A DNA stretch of 64,000 nucleotides, taken from the NCBI GenBank assembly GCA_051294375.1, contig CM119263.1, positions 25,449,367 through 25,513,366 on the forward strand, in the 5' to 3' direction. Shown one piece after another: positions 1 to 10,405 of this stretch. How positions within the stretch are numbered: position 1 is the stretch's first letter; every line of letters starts with the position of its first letter. Both the position numbers and the translations under genes were made by a program. The DNA is from Paraspadella gotoi. Taxonomy: Eukaryota; Animalia; Chaetognatha. Under the pieces are notes generated by a model. That model saw only the letters and a program-made list of their open reading frames with translations, was not told the DNA's origin and did no database searches.

Positions 1-2534
1 TCATCAATTTCATTCTCCTTCTTTACGAGAGTTGGATGAACAAATTTGCGATATAAAAACGATGAGCCGTTGGTGTATGGCGATAGCAACCATACAACAA
101 AAATAACTTTAATTTCGTAATAAAATGGAAGCCTGTTGATAAAATAGCAGCACGTTCAATATCTCTTTTAGTCTGACGATGCCTTTTAACGAATTTATCA
201 TTGATAATTTTTCTCACCAAGAAATAAAAATATCGGCGAATGTTTCAGCAGATGTAAACAAAGCAAACACTATCCAGTACATCATCCATTTTACCTAAAG
301 GCAAACAAATATATGAAAATATAATCTACTCTCGGTATATATCATAATACTAGGATAGAGGTTCCATACTGTTTCAAATATGCGTACCATATATTTTATT
401 AAACGCCCAAGACAGTATAGTACTCATTTTAAATTTTCAAAATTAGTGATCGCGCCAGACGTTACTATCTGTCTTTCTCTCTCTCACCATTTTCACTTCT
501 TTTCATAACTTATGCGCAAAAGCGTTACAATATCGTCGCAAACGCTAAGCGATTGAGACGATAAAAATAGAAAAGAAAGAAAGAATAGAAAGGAAAAAGA
601 ATAGAAAGGAAAGAAAGAATAGAAAGGAAAGAAAGAATAGAAAGGAAAGAAAAAATAGAAAGGAAAGAGAAGCCAAATCGTTTTCGGACGAATCAGCAGC
701 GGGAGCAGAAGAGGCACCCAGAAAAAAAAGAAAGAAATCAAAAAGCAGCAGCAAAAGCAGCAGGAGAAAAGAGAGAAAAAGAATAAGCCACTGCAGACTC
801 GTTTTTTTCCCTTATGAATCAGTGACTAGGGAAATGAGAGAGGGAGAGAGACATATAATTAAAAGAAAAAAGAGAGAGAGAAAGAAATATAAAAATAAAA
901 GAGAAAATTTGTTTGTTTTGATAAAACGTAAACAAAAAATATTTAATAACTGTCCTGACTCAATTTTAAGGACATCGATGATGAGAAGCTTTATATAAAT
1001 TTTCAGCTTCATACACCCAAATTTAATCATTGTAAAGTCCAGACGACCGTAACTCAGATGCTCTTTTAATAAAGGAGATATCGACATTCGTCTCTTTCTC
1101 TCTTTTGCGGTCATTCCAGATTTTGCTCTGAAACGGGACTCTTCTCTAAAATAATAAACGTTCATGGATTTGTTTATTTATTTACTATTGCTTTGATTAA
1201 TTAGTTAGTATTTCATTATTGTCTGTATGAATATCTATATGCTTTGATTATTTTATTAAGGTACCATTAAATATCAAGACTCCAAGTGGATAAGAAACTT
1301 TATTATAAACTTTACGGCGCCAGCGGTCCCGGTTTTTAGTCAAGTTTCTCTCCCGACGTCTTCTCCCTCTCCGCTAGGTCGAGGAGGGGGTTCTTTCATC
1401 ATCAAAAAGGCGATCTATAATTTGGAACGCCAACGACGACGACAACGACGCTACTTGTGCAAAACCACAATATCGTCGCAAACGCGATGATAACGAATGA
1501 TTGATGCGATGATAACCAATTTTTTTATTGATGCGATGATAACGAATTATTGACTGATAGTATGGTAGCAAATGATTGATTGATTGATGGAATGATAAAA
1601 ATTTATTGATAAATATGATGATAACAAATGTTTGATTGATGGGATAATAATGAATGACTGATTGATTATTGATGAGGTGATAACGAATTAATGATGAGAT
1701 AACGAATTATTGATGCGATAACAAATTATTGATACGGTGATACCAAATTACTGATGCGATTATAAGAAATCATTGATAGGAAAACGAATAAAAAATATAA
1801 TGAAAGAATAAAATGAAATAAAATACATTGAAAGAAATGAAGAAAGAGTGAAAGAAAGAGAAAGAAAGAAAATGAGAAAAAGAAAAAAAAAAGAGAGAGA
1901 GAATGAGGTCCAGCCGCTGCAGAGCTCAACTCGTTTTTGGACGAATCACAAAAAGCAGCAGTTACTTATAATGTGAAGGGAATTCAAACAAAAATATTTA
2001 TATCAATATAAAAAAAAAACATTTAATAACTGCCCTCACCCAATTTCAAGGACCTCGATGATGAGAAGCTGTATATAAATTTTCAGCTTCATACACCCAA
2101 ATTTAATCATGAAAAAAGCGATCAATAAGTTGGAACGCCGACGACGACGACTACGCCACTAATGCCCAAAAGCGTTACGAGATCGTTGCAAACGCAAAGC
2201 GATTGCGAAGATAAAAATATCATTTTAAAAGATATTGATGATGAAAAACCATATCTATCTTACCAATACACACTTTTACAATATCCAATTGTAAAAAAGC
2301 GTGACGACGACGTCACTAATAAGCAAAAGTAAAACCAAATTCTCGCCCAAGACAAGCCTCGGCCCGTATGGCGAGATAAAACATTTTTACTGAAATTCAA
2401 TACGAATCTTCCACGATTCATACCACTTGGCCTAGCATTTATTTTTTTAATAAATACTTACGTATTCTCGAACGTTCTTCGATTTTACAGCCTTATAAGA
2501 ACAGTAAGCTGGATAAAGTGTTCCAAAAACGAGC
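1..2534 (-). CDS. REEP: REEP1-4 subfamily ER-shaping protein (TB2/DP1/HVA22 domain), core exons; gene continues past the left edge
   Basis: Exons 2534-2462 ([24 protein letters not shown]), 294-218 ([26 protein letters not shown]) and 132-<1 ([43 protein letters not shown]) join in phase through GT-AG introns and closely match the REEP1-4 consensus. Confidence 0.93.
500..1030. repeat. Interspersed repeat family copy with internal purine-rich tandem tracts
   Basis: Blocks CGTTACAATATCGTCGCAAACG and TTTTCAGCTTCATACACCCAAATTTAATCAT recur at ~1400-1490 and ~2020-2220 and inverted at ~22750-23350; an 18-nt unit ATAGAAAGGAAAGAAAGA is repeated at ~565-670. Confidence 0.8.
1400..2380. repeat. Second copy or fragments of the same repeat family with a degenerate GATGCGATGATAACGAAT tandem array
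   Basis: Shares blocks with 500-1030; the end at ~2290-2380 resembles the reverse complement of ~41170-41250. Confidence 0.7.
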
Positions 2535-2672
2535 CTAAAGTTAAAAAAGTTATGTTTTTAGTTTAACTAAATATTCGATGTATAATCAATTTAACGCAAA
2601 TCCCTAAAATAAACTCGTAACTTATATCCAATCAACTGGAAAAGGCATAATTTTAAAATCTAGTATCATTTC

Positions 2673-4408
2673 CGCAATAAAAGCCAAGACACGAATCTCC
2701 GACATGCCTGGACAAGAGATAGATCAAATTCAACATCGTCAGCGGTTGGTTGTGGTGGAAGTTAAAGTTGACCACAAATAAATAAAGCTTGGTCCCCCAA
2801 AGCAGAGACTCGTCATTAGACAAATCGGTTTCGAAATTGCCTTCCGGCGATGATGGAGGCGGCGGCGACTTCGCCCGAAAAAAGAAAGAAGCGGCGTAGT
2901 TTATAGGATTGACGGCCGATGGTAACGGCGGCAACGGGATACAAAATTGAGATTTGACGGCAGGATCCACGAGATCAGGATAGCGATGTTGGATTAGGCG
3001 CTCCTCTAACGCTTTGTCGTCTAGGGTGGTTGGCCAGAATGCCAAGAGCAGCAAGAAGGCTTGCTGCAGTACAGTGGATACAATTGAATAAAGCGGGTGA
3101 AGCACGAGCGTCCAAACGCCTTTCAATAGTAGACGGAGGATAGGAACGACAGCTATGCGAAGAAAGAAAATGAAAACGTCTGAATACCACCAAGAAAGAA
3201 GACCAAATAGGACAACAGCTGCGGCAACACGAGAGTCGGAGTAAAGTCTCCGTCCCACGTTTTGGAAGAACAGATTCAGCCTCGTTCGGCGACGAAGGCG
3301 ATGCTTCGGGGTGGAGGTTGTAGCAGCGCCAGGATGATTCGAATCAAGACGGACGGGTGATGGAGGTTGATGCCCGGAAATTGTCGATGACTGAAGCTCA
3401 AGTCGGGACCGGGGCGACAAGGCTGGATCGCCGACGTAGAGATGTTGGTCGGAAAGAAGCTCCTCTGACTCTTCAAACTTGTTGACCCCTTTATCGATAT
3501 TCGCCTGGTTGATTGTTTTTTTCCAGGCCGCACCTTCAAAGTTGGTTGAAGTTGTTTCTTCAGGTTTTTCCTCGGAGGATGCTCCGTTGAAAAAACCAGC
3601 GAATCTGGTCAGGATCGTTTCCGTCAATCCCAATTTACTAAACAGTAAAATTAGATTCAGAGATTTTTTTTTCTGATATCTTAAGCTTTAAACATTAAAC
3701 TTTAAACATTAAATTAGCAAGCGATTTCGAAACGAATTGAAATCTCATTAAATCATGATTTTTTTTTCAGTTAAAAAATATTTACTATTCAACAATAAAA
3801 CTATTACGCTTATTAAGTTATTTAATTTTTTTAAAAATAAAAAAGTATAGATCAGAAAAAAAGAACCTCGTTATGGATGTCAAGTAAGAGCTATCTGAAG
3901 GGCCTTCTCCATGTCCGCTCTGCGACGAAGATCCAATTTCGTGAAAGGCCAACGATGATGACGGAGAAGCCGCGGTCACACAAGCGGTCTCTTCGGCGGC
4001 GTCATTAGCGACCGCCGACGTTGCCTCACCGAACTCTGATTGGTGGTGACTTGGTTGATTACGTTGGCAATTTTGTTGAATTTTCCAGGCGTAAGACTTT
4101 TGTCGCAATCGAAGTTGATTTTCAAGATAAGTCTGCATCACTGGCCGTGGCCCGTAGTTGATCTCCACATCACAGACGTTTGAGGAAGAAAGAGAGAGTT
4201 GTCGAACTGGCAAATTTTGGGAAAGTCTAGAAAAACCAGTCGGAGTTCTTGTCTTCTTTATTTTTAACGTAATTAAAAAACTCAAAACCGATAAAACGAA
4301 AAATTATTTCTCTTAGCCATAGACTGACAAAGCCTACGACCGAGGGTTAATTCGGACATAATATTCAAGGTTGAACTTTTGGAGTTTATTTTTGCTGGCG
4401 GCCATCAT
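2673..4408 (-). CDS. Probable upstream exons of the REEP gene: ~430-aa S/T/E-rich extension with a hydrophobic segment
   Basis: Phase-compatible GT-AG exons 4408-4341, 4226-3867 and 3637-2773, then a short exon from 2707 reading ACRRFVSWLLLR that resembles the REEP N-terminus (MVSWIISR). The start codon and the junction to 2534 are uncertain. Confidence 0.55.
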
Positions 4409-5358
4409 ATCGAAGGCAGCCTTTCTCTTTCTTTCTCGTTCAACAGCGAATTTTCCCTCCCATCGACCCAAGCGGATTTTTTTCTTTCTTCGTCACTCGA
4501 ATTCAATTTTTTTTTCTCCTCTTCTCTCTTTCAACTTGGATTGAATCCCAGAGTCGGCCGTTCGAACATACGACCTGATGTAACGGCCGGCCACAACCGG
4601 GCTATTGGCCGGCGCAAGGAAGAAGCGACCGTTACTTGGATCAGTCAAACCTCAAGGGTTATCGGTGGTCGAGGCAAAATGTAATCCGTGAGCTGGTTCC
4701 TTGCAATTTATGAGTTAATGCAAAGATGGTTGGGTCTGGTTCGTATAGTTTTAACGATTTTTGAAAACAAAGTTAAAATGTATTTAACTTTACAACTGTC
4801 ACTTTCAAGAATCGACTTCCTTGACAAAGAAAACGGGAAAGGGAGCGGAGACTCATTAAACCCAAGATTTTGTATTTGATTAGGAAACGACCTCGTGCTC
4901 ACACAGACCACAGCTAATATTCGAGAAAGAAAGAACAAGAGGGCTCATTCGTATCTTTCTAATATGGTTAAATTTGTATCGACCATGATGAATTAAAAAA
5001 AAAAATGAAAATAAACTTACGATGTTTTTAAATAATAATGTTTCACTGTAAAGCACCACAATAATAATAATAAAGCTCGCCAGAAAAAGGCTCGTACTGT
5101 ATTAAGTTATTAACGCTACTAACACCTGACGAATAAAGGACCAATGCCCAAACACTTTCAACAAAATTTAGAAGAATACTAAGTTTCTTTGTGAAAAGTT
5201 AAAAGGGATATCCTAGTGTGAAAAAATTACAAATATGATACAAAGAAACCATGATTTTAGTGGGAAAAAATTTATTGGCTGTATACTTAGCAATATTTAA
5301 CGCTATTTATCTAAAGATCATTAAAATGTAAGAGTTTTTATATTATATATTGTAGTGG

Positions 5359-6070
5359 TACAAGGTGACAACAATCCGCCGCTAGAAAAAAATCGTCAGT
5401 TGCAAACCTATAAAGATTTTTTTAATCTGAAAAATTTTTTTTATAATTAAAACCAAAAACAGCTGCTTTAAAAATCGTCTTTCATTTTACAACATATAAT
5501 AATTGTTTTAAATTTATTTTAGTTACTATTTTTATGTTTGAGGTAAAAAATGAATTGTTTGTTTACGTATTAGTTTTATAAAGAAATAAATTTTGGATAT
5601 GTTTCAGCTTCAATGTAAGCTTTCATCAGTGAAAAAACAAATATTTTTACTGACTCTTCAAACTTCAAAGTCTGTAAAAATTTTTTTGTCATAAATTAAT
5701 TTGTTTTTGGCGCTGATTTTTTTTTTTTTTAGATTCGATCCAGATATATTTTAAAAATTTCAGTCCAAGACTTTTCATATTTTCCATACATTTAATAGAT
5801 TTATAAAAAAAAATCTTTCCATATAACTTAAATGAAATTGGTACAACCAATATAAATATTATTATTAAATTATTATTATTATTAAATATTATTGTCATAC
5901 GGTTAAAACCACGAGGGAGTTAATGGTTTACATTGAAGCCGCAAAATATCTGAAATTTATGTTTCCGAATAAAATTTATTGTACGTAAACAAACGAAGAA
6001 AAAAAATTATAATTTTTTGTTATGTTTTTAAACTTTTTTTTATCGGCGGGTTGTTGTGCGTCACCTTGTA
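5359..6070. mobile_element. Degenerate Tc1/mariner-like MITE containing an inserted palindromic repeat
   Basis: Imperfect terminal inverted repeats TACAAGGTGACAACAATCCGCCG ... CGGCGGGTTGTTGTGCGTCACCTTGTA with TA at both ends; the left end recurs inverted at ~44335-44406. Confidence 0.65.
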
Positions 6071-6599
6071 CTTGAATTTACGTGAAGATGAAAGTAGTAA
6101 ATTAAAACAAAACTAGAATTTTATTACTTACACTACTAAACTTGAGAGCAACGATGATATCATTTTGCAGAGCTAAATTTTAAATGTTTATTAAATGAAA
6201 AATGAAGGTAGTTTTCGCGGCATAAACCAATTAAGCACTTGGTATTGGGTTCGTTTTTTTTTAATATATATTCAGTTCCGCAAGATCTTTATTTCATATT
6301 TTTTCTTCATATTGGCGTCCTTTACTGTAATAAGGACGCTTCCACTGAAATAAATAATAATACCAGCATGAAATGAAGTAACATTCGATGCGCAAAAATA
6401 CAATTTTATTTCCCTCGTTTTGGTTAATCAATAATTTCGAAATGAGTTTATGCAAACAAAATAATAAAAGTAAAACGTTATGATATCAGGGACGTAAAAA
6501 CTTTCGACATGTGCAGGTGTAGAGCTAAGTCGATTCTACTTTTCGCACATTTTGTTTTTAGATCATCTTGGACCTCAGATTAGGATGGCTAAAACAAAG

Positions 6600-8114
6600 T
6601 TAAAATAGTTCTTCGATTGGCGAAGGTAGATTTCTTTTCTCGGTGAACTCGTCGACGGCGAATGAATCCCCTCCGAATTCTTCGTCCACGTTTTCACCGC
6701 CCCCACGACTTGAGAGACGCGCAGAGTCGTCCATGTTCGCCTGATCGTTCCCTAACTCAACTTCTCCGCCTTGGGTCACCTCCATGTCCCCCTTGCATTC
6801 TCTACTCTCTGTCACTTGATAACGTTCCCGCCACAGGGGTCCACGGCTGACGAGTTTTTGACGACGAAATTCTTTTTTCTTTACGTTTTCTAATCGTTTG
6901 TCATCACCGAAAATTGAGTCGCGTTGATCCTTGGTCACCATTGAGTCTTGTTTCATCAACTGCAAGTAGACACCTCCAGGGGTGCGACGACGTTTGTTGT
7001 CTGCCGTCATCATTCCGCCATTTTTTTCTACTTCTTCCGTTTCGCACAACTTGTTCAAAGCAAACTTTTTTCCCATGGTCTCAACCACTTTGATGATGAG
7101 ATGCTTTTTTTGTTCTCTTAACCGATTCTGAATGACTTCCACGACTCTATCGTCGTCGTCTTCGACTTCGCAGGTCATCGAAGGGTCAAACTCTTTGGGA
7201 CCGATTCTGTCCTTGATGTTGACACCATGCTTCTTACGACGTCGTCCCTCGTCATCATAAGCGCGTTTTCGGCTGAGGCCGCGACGTCCGTCACCCTCCT
7301 CCATGTCCACACCGTTGGCCTCATTGTCGGCACCTTCAGGGGTCCTTTCTGAGGTCTCATCTTCGTCCTCGTCCTGGCGAGGCTTCAGACCCTCCGCTTC
7401 CAGAATCTTTTGGAACGGATCGTTAACATTTTGCCGAACCTCGAACAATTCGTCTTGAGAACGAGTCTCGGCGACCGGCGTCTCGAAATCTCTAGTGTCT
7501 TCCTGCGCCTTTTCAAAATTGTAGTTTTCAACGCCTCTGTCATGGAAGACTCCCTCATCCTTTTCGAACAATGCAATGCTCTGCTTCATCCCTTGTTCCA
7601 ACACCTGATCTTGCATGACGGAGCCCCAAATGTTGTTCTTTCGTCTTTTCATTTTAGGACTGTTGCTCGGAGTGTTTCCAGGAATCCTGATGTCGTGCGA
7701 ACTACGCGACGGTGATTGAAGAATATTTTTTACGGTTTCTTTGCATTCTTTGCTTCTCTTTACTTCCGAATTTCGCCTTTCTTGGACTTTTTGATGCTGC
7801 CAAGCCTCAAGAAATCTTTGCGGATGCTCGTCTTGCGGCTGAGCGCAGGACTTAGTTTTTTTTCTCTTCCAGGACAGCACATCGTCTTCGTCGATATCAG
7901 ACTCGGAGTTGGACTCTTCATCGGATGACATCAAAAACTTGTCGGGAGCCCGAGGGTTTAGCTTCGATGATTGCAGAGATGTCGGTGGTTGTCGATATTG
8001 AAGTGCGGGTTTTTCCGGCAGAGGACCACCGGCGGTTTTAGTGTAAAGTTCTGACGACCGTTCGTTTCCGTCGTCTGAATCACAACTAATTTCGCCTTCT
8101 TCGACGTCTCCCAT
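6600..8114 (-). CDS. PHAX: Phosphorylated adaptor for RNA export (PHAX), single exon, 504 aa
   Basis: Uninterrupted ORF with NNIWGSVMQDQ, RGVENYNF and the PHAX RNA-binding domain motif TEEVEKNGGMMTADNKRRRTPGGVYLQLMK; acidic Ser-rich N-terminus (EEGEIS, SSDEESNSESD). Confidence 0.92.
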   Translation of the reverse strand: MGDVEEGEISCDSDDGNERSSELYTKTAGGPLPEKPALQYRQPPTSLQSSKLNPRAPDKFLMSSDEESNSESDIDEDDVLSWKRKKTKSCAQPQDEHPQRFLEAWQHQKVQERRNSEVKRSKECKETVKNILQSPSRSSHDIRIPGNTPSNSPKMKRRKNNIWGSVMQDQVLEQGMKQSIALFEKDEGVFHDRGVENYNFEKAQEDTRDFETPVAETRSQDELFEVRQNVNDPFQKILEAEGLKPRQDEDEDETSERTPEGADNEANGVDMEEGDGRRGLSRKRAYDDEGRRRKKHGVNIKDRIGPKEFDPSMTCEVEDDDDRVVEVIQNRLREQKKHLIIKVVETMGKKFALNKLCETEEVEKNGGMMTADNKRRRTPGGVYLQLMKQDSMVTKDQRDSIFGDDKRLENVKKKEFRRQKLVSRGPLWRERYQVTESRECKGDMEVTQGGEVELGNDQANMDDSARLSSRGGGENVDEEFGGDSFAVDEFTEKRNLPSPIEELF

Positions 8115-8286
8115 ACTTTTTATTCATTAAAAAACTAAAAAAATTACGAAATAGTACATGAAAACTTGAAACAAATTTAATAAACATACGTGCTTTTAGA
8201 CATGTCAATTGCGGGTAACTTTAGGTACCAGCGGTCGGTGCTTTGTTAATCCATTTAATTTTGTTTTCCCTCTAGCGTCGAGTATT

Positions 8287-8867
8287 AGTTTGCACAGTAA
8301 TATACAGTTTTTTTAATAAATGATAATAGTTTTAAATTTATTTTAATTGATATCTTTATGTTTGAGGTAGAAAATGAATTGTTTGTTGATGTACAACGAG
8401 TTTTATTAAGCCTTCATCAGCGCGAAAAAGAATTGATTTATGAAATAAATATTTTTACAGACTCTTCAAATATTGTTAAAAATATTTGTTTTACAAATCA
8501 ATTCGTTTTTGCGCTTATGAAGGCTTACATTGAAACCGGAATATGTCCGAAATTTATATTTCTAAATAAAAACGTTGTAGATAAACAATTCATTTTTAAC
8601 CTTAAACAAATAACTAAAATGAAAGTAAAATAAATAATATTTTTGTTATATTTTTTAAACGGTAAGCAATTGGGTTAGGGGTGGTTAGGGTTAGGGATTC
8701 GGGGTAGTTAGGGGAGGTTTCGAAATTAAATTTATGTTAAAGAAATTTTTTACCCTTCCCAGTATCATTTATTTTTGCGTAATGAGATTTCTATACGTCG
8801 CTCATAAAAAGGTAAAAAAAAAATAACCGACTGCAAAATCCCGATCGGGGAATGTAAAAATAAGCCT
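8287..8867 (+). mobile_element. Composite ~580-bp repeat: fold-back palindrome with hammerhead-like arms, TTAGGG-like tract and CGG(G/C)GAATGTAAAAATAAGCC end
   Basis: Collinear reverse-complement copy at ~63180-63735; internal palindrome centred near 8466; GGGTTAGGGGTGGTTAGGGTTAGGG at ~8672-8696. Confidence 0.75.
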
Positions 8868-9699
8868 CAATAGCTTTATATAATATGAATTATAAACAGA
8901 TTCTAATAATTCCACTAAATTTGGGAAACTAATTCATAAGTGTAAAGGTTGCCAAGACTTATTCTTACCATAATGATAATTTATGCGATTTCATTTTTAA
9001 AAATTTAATTTCGAATACGCAAGCAAAGTAGCGTCGAACGATGTACATCATAATACAAAGACAGTTCCGGTTACGATGGCATTGTTTCTCGTCACCAAAA
9101 AGAAAAATGAGAAAAGACCAGAAAACAAATATCGTCTGCTTAATGCTTAATGTCTTCTGCTATTTCTAATAATAAAATAGTTCGGATAACATATATTTAA
9201 TTTAGCGAAAACTTCTATTTCTAAGAAGCAGTTTCTAAGCAATTAAGATTAAAAATATATTCTTTACGTTTTTTTACAAACAAGATTAGACAAATTCGTA
9301 ATTAGTTCGCCCATAATACCTGAGTATATGATATTGTTACGCCATCAGGTCGATGGAGGTGCCCGTACCGAGAAGTGAATGGTAGAGGGTGTTCGTCGGC
9401 GATGGTGGTGGCAGAGAAGTTTGGTGCGTCCGAGCGAAAGTACGATCATTGGAGTCAAGATGGGGCAACTAAAAATCCTTCATAATTCTGTTGCTTCTCG
9501 AGATTCCCTTGGGGCACGAATCTTGAACAACCGCCGCAGCCTTTTTCGCACGCCCAGTAGCAACAGCCGCTCTCCTCGCTTTCCCCCGCGGCGGCGGGAC
9601 ACCCTGCCGCTGCTGACGCCGCTGCGAAACTAGAGAGAGAGAGAGCGCTAAACCTCTTTTCGTGTTCCTGGTAGAAAAAGAATCTAGGTCTAGACAGCT

Positions 9700-9701
9700 G
9701 C

Positions 9702-9737
<36 letters not shown>

Positions 9738-9798
9738 GTCTCTCTTCTCTCTCTTCTCTCTCTTCTCTCTATCTTTCGTACTCTGAATGGGGGAGAAA

Positions 9799-9873
<75 letters not shown>

Positions 9874-10036
9874 TTCGCTAGTCGTGTCTGAATCGGCACA
9901 TATGAGCTCCCACCGTCCTCTTCGAGTCTGGAATCGCTCCTCACCTCCGGAGGCGAGCTCTACCCTGATACGACGATGAAAATGCTTAATTTAAAAGAAA
10001 ATAGTATCTACATTGAACGAAATTCGACCTGAGCAT

Positions 10037-10072
<36 letters not shown>
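9700..10072. repeat. (CT)n/(GA)n microsatellite cluster in the KDM3 5' region
   Basis: Long CT dinucleotide runs at ~9703-9770, ~9803-9870 and ~10039-10072, next to a CpG-rich patch at ~9530-9630 that may mark the promoter or first exon. Confidence 0.9.
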
Positions 10073-10074
<2 letters not shown>

Positions 10075-10405
10075 AGCTGATTATACCATGGGAGAACAAA
10101 CTAGGATATTTAACTATAATAACTCCATCTCTCGAACATCCGCAATACTTGTCTTTTGTCACAGTTCTTCTTCGCGATCATTCTACTAGTTAACGTGGAC
10201 CTTCAAAAAACCAAACCAATGTTTATGCACAAAAACGTTTCGTGAAAAAAAAATTCGAATAATTCTATCAAATAATTTAGTTCAATTTTATTAAACCGAC
10301 CTGCTAATTCTCAAAGACGGCGATCTTACAACATATGCTGAAATTCAAGATAAGGATGAACCTGACGTCAGGGGCATAAAAATCTCATATCTATGTTGTT
10401 CCGAG

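Noticed and set aside
8672-8714. True telomere or chromosome fusion site
   Set aside because: The tracts are short, degenerate and embedded in dispersed repeats seen several times in the window.
9662-9979. ORFs rich in LS or ER repeats (also 493-754, 14383-14727, 23057-23381, 48486-48742, 60490-60696)
   Set aside because: They are translations of CT/GA microsatellites and purine-rich minisatellites.
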